Assembly (NCBI GenBank): GCA_903844155.1
Contig: CAIMSU010000259.1
Span: 15,808-79,807 of the forward strand
Origin: an uncultured Pseudomonadota bacterium
GTDB lineage: Bacteria > Myxococcota_A > UBA796 > SXON01
Direction: 5' to 3'
DNA length: 64,000 nt
Within the stretch, counting starts at the first letter, position 1; each line of letters starts with the position of its first letter. The notes beneath the pieces are model-generated. The model was not told where the DNA came from. It ran no database searches and saw nothing but the letters and a program-made list of their open reading frames with translations. The position numbers were made by a program, and so were the translations under genes. Positions 11,163-20,047 of the stretch are shown here, piece after piece.

Positions 11163-12206
11163 ATGGCCGACGAAAAGCGCTACGAGATGCTCTGGGACTG
11201 CTCGCGGTGCGACACGCCAAAGCTCCTGGGCATGAGCCATCGGAACTGTCCGAATTGTGGCTCGCCACAGGACCAGACCAGGCGCTACTTCCCCAAGGAC
11301 GAGGACAAGGTGGCCGTCGAGGATCACCCGTTCGTCGGCGCCGACAAGGCATGCAAGGGGTGCGACGCCCCGAACGCCGCGAGCGCCCAATTCTGCGTGT
11401 GCTGTGGCGCTTCGCTGGAGGGAGCCGGGCCGGTGGTTGTGCGGGCAACGCAGTCGGACCAGACGGGCGGCTTTGGAGCAGACTCGGCGAAGGCGGCGAC
11501 GGACGAACAGCGCACGCAGAAGCTGGCGGATCGCGCGGCAAAGGACGCACCCGCGCCTGCCCCCAGTCGGGCGCTGCCGATGCTCGCGGGCGGCGGAATC
11601 CTCGCGATCATCGGGCTCGTCGTCGTGCTGGCCCTGGTGTTCGTGTTCTGGAAGAAGGACGCGGCGGTGACGGTGAGCAGCCACGCCTGGTCGCGGGAGA
11701 TCGCGGTTGAAGCCTTCAAACCCGTGAGCGACTCCGCGTGGAAGGAGTCGGTGCCCGCTGGCGCGCGCGACGTCGCGTGCGTGGCCGCACAACAGTCGAC
11801 GAACAAGGTGCCGGACGGCCAGGACTGCCACAAGGAGCGCAAGGACAACGGCGATGGCACGTTCACGGAGGCGCAGAAGTGCGAGCCGAAATTCAAGGAC
11901 GAGCCAGTGATGGGCCAGAAGTGCAGCTTCACCGTGGACCGTTGGGTTCAGGCCCGTACGGCCAGCGCCGCAGGGACATCGCTCACCCCCGCGCCGGCCT
12001 GGCCCGCGACCAACATCGCCGCCGGCGAGCGCGAGGGCGCCCGTACGGAGAAGTACACCGTGAACTTCACCGCCGGCACAAAGTCGCTTTCGTGCGACGT
12101 CGCCCAGGACAAGTGGGCGAACGTCCCGGACGGCTCAACGTGGAAGGCGCCTGTCGGGGTTCTGTCCGGATCGATCGACTGTACAGCGATGCAACCGGCG
12201 GGCTGA
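11163..12206 (+). CDS. Double zinc-ribbon single-pass membrane protein
   Basis: Four CxxC motifs (CSRC, CPNC, CKGC, CVCC), one TM helix and a Cys-containing extracytoplasmic domain. Confidence 0.8.
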   Translation: MADEKRYEMLWDCSRCDTPKLLGMSHRNCPNCGSPQDQTRRYFPKDEDKVAVEDHPFVGADKACKGCDAPNAASAQFCVCCGASLEGAGPVVVRATQSDQTGGFGADSAKAATDEQRTQKLADRAAKDAPAPAPSRALPMLAGGGILAIIGLVVVLALVFVFWKKDAAVTVSSHAWSREIAVEAFKPVSDSAWKESVPAGARDVACVAAQQSTNKVPDGQDCHKERKDNGDGTFTEAQKCEPKFKDEPVMGQKCSFTVDRWVQARTASAAGTSLTPAPAWPATNIAAGEREGARTEKYTVNFTAGTKSLSCDVAQDKWANVPDGSTWKAPVGVLSGSIDCTAMQPAG

Positions 12207-12214
12207 CCGGGCCC

Positions 12215-14044
12215 TTACGGCCACGCCGTCGCGAGGTTCTGGGCGTTGATCCCGCCCCAGCCCGTCGGATAATCCCAGCCGCTCTGGGCATAGTGGTTCG
12301 CGCCCGAGCCCCGCGTGACGTCCCGGAAGCTGGCCTGCACCGCGCTGTCCGTGTAGAGCACCGGATTGAGGAAGCCCATGAGCGGCTTCCCGTTGGCGAT
12401 GCGGTAGCTGTCTGCGTCCGCGATGGCGCCAGCAAACACGGGAGAGGAGAACGACGTGCCTTCGTACTCGTACCACGCGCCGATGTAGTAGACCCAGTAG
12501 GCATTCCCGGCTGAGGCCGAGACGTCGGTGACGGCGCGGGTCGTCCCGTCCGTCGTGATCCCGCTCTGCCAATCCGGCTTGTCGAAGCTCTTGGTATCGC
12601 CCTCGCCGCCGTACCAGGGGTACTCGTCATTCACGCGGGTGCCGGACATGTCGAGAACGGTGCCGCCAACGCAGGTGACGTAGGGGCTGGAGCACGGGAT
12701 GTCGGTCCCACCGGAGTCGCCGCTCGCCGCCGCCAGCGTGATCCCGAGCGACGCGCCCTCCATCGCAGCCTCGTCATACTGGTCGCGGACAAGCTTCGGC
12801 TCGCTGTCCTCGCGATGGGCGAAGGAGTCCGTGATGATGTCCACCTCGTCGAGCCCGATGGCCTCGTTGAAATCGTACACCATCGACGTGTTGCGGGAGT
12901 CCGGCCCCACGTAGACCTTCAGGTCCGCGCCCGGTGCGAGCCCGCCGGACCAGCTCACGTCCACCGTTGCCTCGACGTTGCGGGTTGGCGGGTCCTCCAT
13001 CGTGTACTGCACGGTCGGATCGTCGCGGGTGATGCCCGTAGACGTCCAGAATGACTCCAGATCAAGGTACTTGAACATGCCGCCGATGGTCACGCCGAGG
13101 CGGACCCCGGAGCCGTCATACCCGGCGTCCCAGAGCGACTTCACGCCATAGGCGTTTGCCAGGTCCGTTGGCTGGAAGGCACCGCCGCCAGGCGAACTGC
13201 TCTCCACGCTCCCCACCTCGTTCGGCAGCGGCCCGGGGTCCACGGGGTAGTCCGCGGTGATGATGCCGTTGGTGATGTCCGCCACAAAGCCGGGCAACGT
13301 GAAGGTGTCGACCGTGCAGTACACCATGACGGGCGGGTCCATCGACTCCGGGTTCACGCGGCTGCAGTCGTGCAGGGTGGTGTTGAAGGCGGTGTTGAAC
13401 TGCCCGACCGTGCCGCTGAACTGGATCAGGAGCCGGTTGGTGGCCTCGTAGTTGACCGAGAACCCTTCGTATTCCAGGTAGTCGTGGATCAGACTGAAAT
13501 CACTCGCGGTCGGCGCGTAGCTGTCGACCCAGGCGTTCGCGCTGGGGTAGTTCCGGTACTCCCCGCTGGTCGGGTCGCTCCAGGCCTTGAGGTTGTTCGC
13601 GAGGACGTCCGCGTTGCGCAGCGGGAAGCCGATCAGCGACCGGAATTCGGCGCTGCTGTCGGCCGCGCCTTCGTCCGTGTACACCCCCGAAAGCGGGCTT
13701 GGAAGGCCGTCCGAGTTGGAAACCGGGTTCCACTGGTCGGCCGGGATCTGGTCGAGGGACGTGTACCCGCTGCCCGAGTCGTGCGTGGAGCCGGAGTCAT
13801 CGCCGATCGGGCCCGACGTGTCATGCACCTGCGAGTCGTGGCCGTGCGAGTCGAGGTTCTTGCCGATGCTGGTGTCGCTGCCATCCTTGAGCCGCTTGTT
13901 CACGCATCCCGCCGACATTGCGAGGAGCAGGGGTACGCCGACAACGGCGAGGAGCCGGGCGGATTTCAGGCCGAAGCGCGCTGGGGTCAAGACAATCTCC
14001 ACGTCGCCCGTAGCGTAGCGCTGAACAGGCCCCGGCGTCCACAT
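12215..14044 (-). CDS. S53 (sedolisin/kumamolisin) serine peptidase lipoprotein, paralog 1
   Basis: EATVD (Glu/Asp), AASGDSG, GTSFSSP catalytic Ser, C-terminal Ca-site-like GWDYPTGWG; activation prodomain; start uncertain. Confidence 0.9.
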   Translation of the reverse strand: MWTPGPVQRYATGDVEIVLTPARFGLKSARLLAVVGVPLLLAMSAGCVNKRLKDGSDTSIGKNLDSHGHDSQVHDTSGPIGDDSGSTHDSGSGYTSLDQIPADQWNPVSNSDGLPSPLSGVYTDEGAADSSAEFRSLIGFPLRNADVLANNLKAWSDPTSGEYRNYPSANAWVDSYAPTASDFSLIHDYLEYEGFSVNYEATNRLLIQFSGTVGQFNTAFNTTLHDCSRVNPESMDPPVMVYCTVDTFTLPGFVADITNGIITADYPVDPGPLPNEVGSVESSSPGGGAFQPTDLANAYGVKSLWDAGYDGSGVRLGVTIGGMFKYLDLESFWTSTGITRDDPTVQYTMEDPPTRNVEATVDVSWSGGLAPGADLKVYVGPDSRNTSMVYDFNEAIGLDEVDIITDSFAHREDSEPKLVRDQYDEAAMEGASLGITLAAASGDSGGTDIPCSSPYVTCVGGTVLDMSGTRVNDEYPWYGGEGDTKSFDKPDWQSGITTDGTTRAVTDVSASAGNAYWVYYIGAWYEYEGTSFSSPVFAGAIADADSYRIANGKPLMGFLNPVLYTDSAVQASFRDVTRGSGANHYAQSGWDYPTGWGGINAQNLATAWP

Positions 14045-14062
14045 GTCCCCGATCCCCGTTCC

Positions 14063-15688
14063 TCAGGGCAGCGACGCCGTCAGCGCCTCGGCGTTCATCG
14101 TCCCCCACCCCGTCGGATGGTCCCAGCCCGGGCCCGCCGGAAACTGCTCGCTGCCCGTCGCGGTGACGTCGCGAAACGACGCTTGCACCGTCGCATCCCC
14201 ATAGAGCAGCGGGTTGAGGTAGCCCGTACCCGGCAAGCCGTGCGCCAACCGCCAGCCCGCCACGACCGCATCGCAGCCTGCGAACACGGGCGAGGCGAAG
14301 GAGGTCCCCATGTAGACCTCCCAGTTCCCCAGGTAGTACACGTAGAACTCGTTCCCGCCGGATGACGCGACGTCGTTCACCGCCCGCGTCGCGCCCGATG
14401 GCATCACGCCCAATTGCCATTCGGGAACGCCGAACGTGGCGCTGTCCCCCGTTCCCGAGTCCGCCCACGCGAATTCACCCGTCACGCGGCCGTCGGACAT
14501 CGTGAGCGTGGTCCCGCCGACGCACGTCACGTACGGGCTGTCGCACGGAACGTCAACCCCTGCGGTGTCCCCGCTCGCGGACGAGATGGTGATGCCAAGG
14601 GCTGCGCCTTCGGCGGCGCTCTCGTCGTAGGCAATCCGGAGCAGGTCCGGCTCCGAGTCCTCCCGGTGCGCGAAGGAGTCGCTGAGCACGTCCACGCCGC
14701 CCTCAGCGATGGCCTCGTTGAAGGTGTAGAGGAGGCTTGTGTTTCGCGAATCCGGCCCCGCGTAGGCGATGAGGTCGGCGCCCGGCGCCATCGCTCCCGA
14801 CCAGCTCACGTCCAGCGTCGCCTCGGCGTTGCGCGAGGGTACCGGCTCCATCGTTTGGATGACGACAGGATCAGCCCGGGTGATCCCGTTGGACATCCAA
14901 AAAGTCCCAACATCGTTGAACTTGAACATGCCCCCGATCACCAGCCCAAGCCGCGCGCCCTCGCCGTGGTAGCCCTCCGCCGAGAGGGGGGCCACACCGT
15001 AGGCTGTGGCGAGATCGGCCGGCGTGTAGGCTTCACGCCCCGCAGGTGGGTCATCCACGACGCTCCCAGCTTCGCCCGGCAATGGGCCCTGGTCGGGGGG
15101 CAGGTCGGCGGTGACGACGCCGGTCACGCGCGAGGCGATGTCCGTTGGCAGCCCCATCGTGCCGAGGGTGCAGTAGACCGGAATGGGGTCGCCACCCTGC
15201 TGCGGGTTGTCCCGGTTGCAGACGGGCAGGTTTGTCGCGAAGGCCGCATTGAAGTCCCCGACCGAACCCGTGAATTCAAGGAGCAGGCGGTTGGGCGCCA
15301 CGCGGGCAACGGTGAACCCGGCGCCCGTCAACCAGTCCGACACATACGCGACGTCCGTCTCGGTGGGGGCGTAAGCATCGGTCCACGCCGAGGGCGTCGG
15401 GTACCGTCGGAAGTTGGGATCCGAGGGGTCGGCGGAGGAGCGGATCTGCTCGGCGAGCGCGTCTTCGTTGCGCAGCGGGAAGCCCATCAGCGCCCGGAAT
15501 TCGTCACTCTCGGGCGCGGCCCCCTCGTCCGTGTAGACGCCTGTGAGGGGCTGGGCGAGGGCATCCGAGCTGGTCCTGGGCACATCATCGATCCCAAGGC
15601 CGCCGGGACCAGAGTCCGCGCCGGTGATGTCACGCCGACACGCAGGGGCCAGCAACGCAAAGGCCAAGGGGAGAATTCGAGAGCGCAT
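14063..15688 (-). CDS. S53 serine peptidase lipoprotein, paralog 2
   Basis: EATLD, SASGDT, GTSFASP, GWDHPTGWG; lipobox-like LLAPAC after ATG 15688. Confidence 0.9.
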   Translation of the reverse strand: MRSRILPLAFALLAPACRRDITGADSGPGGLGIDDVPRTSSDALAQPLTGVYTDEGAAPESDEFRALMGFPLRNEDALAEQIRSSADPSDPNFRRYPTPSAWTDAYAPTETDVAYVSDWLTGAGFTVARVAPNRLLLEFTGSVGDFNAAFATNLPVCNRDNPQQGGDPIPVYCTLGTMGLPTDIASRVTGVVTADLPPDQGPLPGEAGSVVDDPPAGREAYTPADLATAYGVAPLSAEGYHGEGARLGLVIGGMFKFNDVGTFWMSNGITRADPVVIQTMEPVPSRNAEATLDVSWSGAMAPGADLIAYAGPDSRNTSLLYTFNEAIAEGGVDVLSDSFAHREDSEPDLLRIAYDESAAEGAALGITISSASGDTAGVDVPCDSPYVTCVGGTTLTMSDGRVTGEFAWADSGTGDSATFGVPEWQLGVMPSGATRAVNDVASSGGNEFYVYYLGNWEVYMGTSFASPVFAGCDAVVAGWRLAHGLPGTGYLNPLLYGDATVQASFRDVTATGSEQFPAGPGWDHPTGWGTMNAEALTASLP

Positions 15689-15927
15689 CCGGGTTCCAGC
15701 AGCTCCCCGCAGCGTACCGCAGGCGGTCGCCCACCCGCCAGCGAAAGCGCTTGCCGGGAGGCTCACTAGCGTTTATCGCAAACGCTCGCGCGTTGCCAGA
15801 GAACGCGATCGCCCCCCACAAGTCCTGTCGTTTCCGTCAGATCTGAAGACGCCGACCGTCCGACGTTTTCGCAGGCCACACGCCGTCAATCGGTGTTAGG
15901 GTGGAGGAAGGAGTGTGACGCTTTCCC

Positions 15928-17325
15928 ATGCCGCCTGATGCGCCAATCCCCGGGACCGTAGCGGATGCTGCTTCCCCGCGCGATTCCGGTCATCCGGGGC
16001 GGAGGCCGGCGCGCTACCGAACCGTTGGATCCCTGGGCCGCGGCGGCACCGCCGAGGTCTCACTCGTGTAGGATCAAGCTGGCGCGTACTACGCGAGAAA
16101 GCTCGTGCCACTCCCTGTCGGCGACGCACGGGCTCGCGCGCGGGTGATGGCGGAAGGCCTCGTTCTCCGCTCCCTCTCCCACCCCAACATCGTGCGGGTG
16201 CACGACGTGTACGAGGAGGACGACACCCTGAACCTGGTCCTCGACTACGTGGAGGCCGGCTCGCTGTCCGAGCGGCTGGGTGCGGGGCCGATCCCGGAGG
16301 ACGAAGCTGTCGTGCTGATCTGCGAGGTGCTTGGCGCGCTCGCCGCATGCCACGCTGCGGGGGTCGTGCACCGGGACGTGAAGCCGGGCAACATCCTGAT
16401 CTCAGCGGACGGGACAACCCGCCTCGTTGATTTCGGCATCGCGAAGGCAGAGAGCGGTGAGCTTACGCGGACGGGCGAGGCCCTCGGCACCTGGGCGTTC
16501 ATGGCCCCGGAGCAGCGGCTCGACAGCCGGCGGGTCGACGCGCGCGCGGACGTGTACGGCGCAGGCGCCACGCTCTACACCATGCTCACCGGAGAGCCCC
16601 CGTTTGACCTTGCAAACCCGGTGCTCTCCGAGGATCGGATCGCCCGCCTTTCACCCCGGATGGCGGGGGTGGTGCGTCGCGCCACCAACGCCCGGCCCGA
16701 GGGGCGCTGGCCGAGCGCGCTGGCGATGCGGGAGGCGCTGCTCGGCCTGGAGGTCCCGTTCGCCGCCGAGGAGCCGAGCGTCGCCGACGCACCCAGGCCC
16801 GCGCTCGCCAATCCAAGGCGTTGGGTCACGAGCACCCTGGCCACCGTCGTCGGCATCGCGGTCATCGCCCTCGCCGCGGCGCACAACGTCACGAGCCCCG
16901 CCCCATTCGCGCCCGCCCCAGCGCCTCCCGCGCCCGCCGTCCTCGTCGCCGATCCGACGCCGCTCACGGCCCTGCCCGCCGTCGTGGCGGCAAAGGCGCC
17001 CCCGGCCCCGCACGCCGCCGCAAAGGCAGGAGCCGCCGTCGCCTCGCCTGGCCCCTCCCTCGCCTCACCCGCCCCCGCGCTCGCCGCCGTGGACGCACCT
17101 TCGCCCGCCGCCCCCGTGCGCACCGTGGTGAACAGCCTCCCATGGAGCGAGGTCGAGATCGACGGGCAGCCCGTCGGCCGCACGCCGTGGCGCGGAGACC
17201 TGGCGGCCGGGCCACATCGCATCCAGCTCACAACCGGCGATGGACGGACATCCGAGTCCACCACGAGCGGGTCGGAATCCACGGTCTGCTGGGATTTTTC
17301 CCGACAAGGTCGGTGCGCGCCGTGA
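15928..17325 (+). pseudogene. Ser/Thr protein kinase with TM and PEGA domain, interrupted by in-frame TAG at 16069..16071
   Basis: ATG 15928 after a purine-rich RBS-like tract; reads RYRTVGSLGRGGTAEVSLV*DQAGAYYARK in frame with HRDVKPGN, DFG, APE; PEGA-like VNSLPWSEVEIDG...TP at the C-terminus. Kinase identity is secure; pseudogene status is not. Confidence 0.75.
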
Positions 17326-18407
17326 GCTTCCTTGCTGCCGCAGCGTTGGTGATGGCCGTCTTCGCCGGTCCAGCCCTGGCCGCGCCAGGGGCGTCCATCC
17401 CCCTCGCGTCGCTGCTCTCGGCGACCGCGCCAACGCTCGGCGGGCCGGGCCAGCTCACCGCGTGCACGGACCGGGCAGCCCCATCCGACCGTCTCACCGC
17501 CGAGGTCGCCGCGGCAGAGCACGCGCTGACCTTCGTCGACACACCCGGGGCGCTCACCCACCTCGACACCGCCGAGGCCCTGCTCCCCTGCCTCGCCGAA
17601 CCGCCTTCCTCCTCCGTGCTCGCGCGCGCCGCTTTCCTCCGCGGGATCGCCGACCCGCCCCACGCGGTGGCCGCGTTCGCCGAAGCCCACGCCCGCCGGC
17701 CAGACCTGGTCTGGGACGAGACCTTTCCTCCCGAAGCCCGCGCCGCGTTCGAGCAGGGGCGCGTCGACGCCGCCGCCCTCCGCCCCGCCAGCCTTGCCAT
17801 CGTCCCCGACCCCCCGCCCGGCACGCCCTGGGTGGATGGACGCCAGGCGATGATCGACCGCGGCCGGCTGGACCTCGCGCCGGGTCGCCGCCTCATCCAG
17901 TCCGCGGGGCCGCGCTGGGAGAGCGTCGTGCTCACGGTGGCGTCGGGGGACCGGCCGCTGCTGCTGCGCGCGGACGCGATCGCGGGGCACGAAGAGGAGC
18001 TGTTGGCGGACGGACAGCGTCGTGCAGCCCTCGCGCACGCCCTTGCGAGCACGCTTCCCTCCGGCGCGCCCGTCACTGTGAGCGGGGTTCACGGCACCTG
18101 GTCCCTCGTGGTGGGCGAGGATTGGGAGCGAGTGAGCGCCGCGCGGCCTGCAGGGCGGGTGCTGGCGTTGGCCGGGGCGAGCCTCCTCGCAGCGTCCGCC
18201 GCGGTCGGTGCCGGGAGCCTGATCGGGTTTGAGGCCGACCGGCAGCGGATGCTGACGGCCACGAGCTTCAGCGATGCGGAGGCGGACCAGCGCGCGGGGA
18301 ATGCCGCCGGCAAGGGAGTACAACTCGGCGAATGGGGAGGCGCAACGGGGGCAGCCCTGATCGGCGCCGGGCTGCTGCTCCAACTTCACTGGGGCGCTGC
18401 GCGATGA
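17322..18407 (+). CDS. Hypothetical secreted/membrane protein with PEGA-like segment
   Basis: GTGA overlap with the kinase stop; signal-like N-terminus; PWVDG...LDLAPG; two C-terminal hydrophobic segments. Confidence 0.7.
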   Translation: MSFLAAAALVMAVFAGPALAAPGASIPLASLLSATAPTLGGPGQLTACTDRAAPSDRLTAEVAAAEHALTFVDTPGALTHLDTAEALLPCLAEPPSSSVLARAAFLRGIADPPHAVAAFAEAHARRPDLVWDETFPPEARAAFEQGRVDAAALRPASLAIVPDPPPGTPWVDGRQAMIDRGRLDLAPGRRLIQSAGPRWESVVLTVASGDRPLLLRADAIAGHEEELLADGQRRAALAHALASTLPSGAPVTVSGVHGTWSLVVGEDWERVSAARPAGRVLALAGASLLAASAAVGAGSLIGFEADRQRMLTATSFSDAEADQRAGNAAGKGVQLGEWGGATGAALIGAGLLLQLHWGAAR

Positions 18408-20047
18408 CCCTCATCTGGCTCATGATCGCGTGCGCCCCAACACTCACGCTCCCCCGGCGCGAGGACGATCCGAACGACGACTGGGACGGCGATGGCTTGA
18501 CCGAGAACGAGGGCGACTGCAACGACGGGGATGCCACGGTCACGAACACGCTCTACTACGCAGACGCCGATGGCGACGGCTATGGCGCCATGCCGCCCAC
18601 GGACTCGCTGGACTCCGCATCCGAGATCGTTTCCATCACGGCGTGCGTGCAGCCGGTGCACTTCGCCGGTAGCCATGACGACTGCGACGATTACAACGCC
18701 GCGGTCCACCCCCACGCGCAGGAGATCTGTGGCAACGGCATTGACGACAACTGCGACAACGACGCGCAATGCGACGTCCCCGCCACGAGCGCGACACCGC
18801 TGGTGGCTGCCTCAGCGGGCGACCTCGCGGGGGCGGCGCTGGCGTCCTGGACCGACCTGCAGGGGGTGGAAAACCTCCTCGTGGGGGCGCCGGGCGCGGG
18901 TGCGGTGTTCATCGTGCCGGTTTCGGGGGCTGGGGCCCTGGTGAACCTTGAGGCGGCGCCCTCTGTGCTGCAGTCCGGGGGCATCGGCGACGAGTTCGGT
19001 AAGTCTGTGGCTGTCTTCGACCCCGGGACGGGGGTAGACACCTTCCTCGTGGGCGGGCCCGGACGAGACGGAGGCCCCGGCGGCGCGTGGCTCTATTCGA
19101 GCGCATCGCTGCCCGGTGTGGTTGTCGCGCCGTCGGCGTCCTGGACCGGGGCAGCCTACGAGCACGCCGGGTCCCAGGTCACGTCGATCCAGAGCGCGAC
19201 CGGGCGGGACGCCGTCATCGCATCGATGGGCGATGACACGCACGCCGGGGCCGTCTACATCGTGCCGAGCGCCCCGAACCATGACGAGAACCTGAAGTCC
19301 GCCGCCATCTTCACGGTCCTTATGGACGCGCCGGGAGAGCATCCCGCCGTGGCCGGGCTCTCCGATGGCCTCGGCGACAGCCTGTTCGTGGGGGTGGCGA
19401 GCCTCGGCACAGTCTACGAGTACAGCACCAACCCGCCCTTCCAGGGGCAGGCCGTCCCGCTGGTGGACGCCGCGGAGTCCACCCTCCCCGGTCGGGCGTC
19501 GGACGCGTTTGGCACGACGGTGGTGGCGATCGGTGACGTGAACGGCGATGGCTACGATGATATCGCGGTCGGCGCTCCGGACTCCGACGACGGCTCGATG
19601 GACCACGGCAGCATCGGCGTCGTCGCGGTCTACGCGGGCGCGTTCGAGGCGCCCGTGCTGCCAGAACCGCTCGTCCGGATCACAGGGGCGGACGCGCACA
19701 CCCATCTCGGCGCGAGCATCGCCCCCGCCGGCCGGCCGACGGACAGCCTGTACGCCGCGTTCATCATCGGCGCCGGCGCTACCGACTGCGACTCCACACC
19801 TGACCCCGCCGCGGCCTGGCTCGTGGAGGGGCCCTACCCTGCAGCCGGCGCGACGATCAGCATCGGCGACCAGACCGCGGGTAACCTCACCGGCTTCGCG
19901 CGCGGGACGGATCCCTGTGGGGGTCTGGGCACCGCCGTCGCCGGCGACACCCAAGGGGCGGGTTGGGTGGCCGCCGGCGACGCTGTCGACGGCAGCGACG
20001 GGCGAGGCGAGCTCCTCCTCTTCCCCGGCCCCTGGAGCGGCTCATGA
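18404..20047 (+). CDS. Lipoprotein with putative metal-binding (MopE-like) repeats and FG-GAP repeats
   Basis: ATGA overlap; DWDGDG..GDCND, DCDD..HP.A.E.CGNGIDDNCD; FG.TVVAIGDVNGDGYDDIAVGAP. Confidence 0.85.
   Translation: MTLIWLMIACAPTLTLPRREDDPNDDWDGDGLTENEGDCNDGDATVTNTLYYADADGDGYGAMPPTDSLDSASEIVSITACVQPVHFAGSHDDCDDYNAAVHPHAQEICGNGIDDNCDNDAQCDVPATSATPLVAASAGDLAGAALASWTDLQGVENLLVGAPGAGAVFIVPVSGAGALVNLEAAPSVLQSGGIGDEFGKSVAVFDPGTGVDTFLVGGPGRDGGPGGAWLYSSASLPGVVVAPSASWTGAAYEHAGSQVTSIQSATGRDAVIASMGDDTHAGAVYIVPSAPNHDENLKSAAIFTVLMDAPGEHPAVAGLSDGLGDSLFVGVASLGTVYEYSTNPPFQGQAVPLVDAAESTLPGRASDAFGTTVVAIGDVNGDGYDDIAVGAPDSDDGSMDHGSIGVVAVYAGAFEAPVLPEPLVRITGADAHTHLGASIAPAGRPTDSLYAAFIIGAGATDCDSTPDPAAAWLVEGPYPAAGATISIGDQTAGNLTGFARGTDPCGGLGTAVAGDTQGAGWVAAGDAVDGSDGRGELLLFPGPWSGS

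Noticed and set aside
15784-15799. Possible sigma-54 promoter on the minus strand (CTGGCAACGCGCGAGC) upstream of the S53 pair
   Set aside because: GG-N10-GC spacing fits, but the -12 box is GAGC rather than TTGC; such matches are common at this GC content.
16069-16071. Pyrrolysine or genome-wide TAG reassignment
   Set aside because: TAG terminates several conserved genes here at the expected positions (gcvP, sigma-54 activator, SDR), and no pyl genes are seen.
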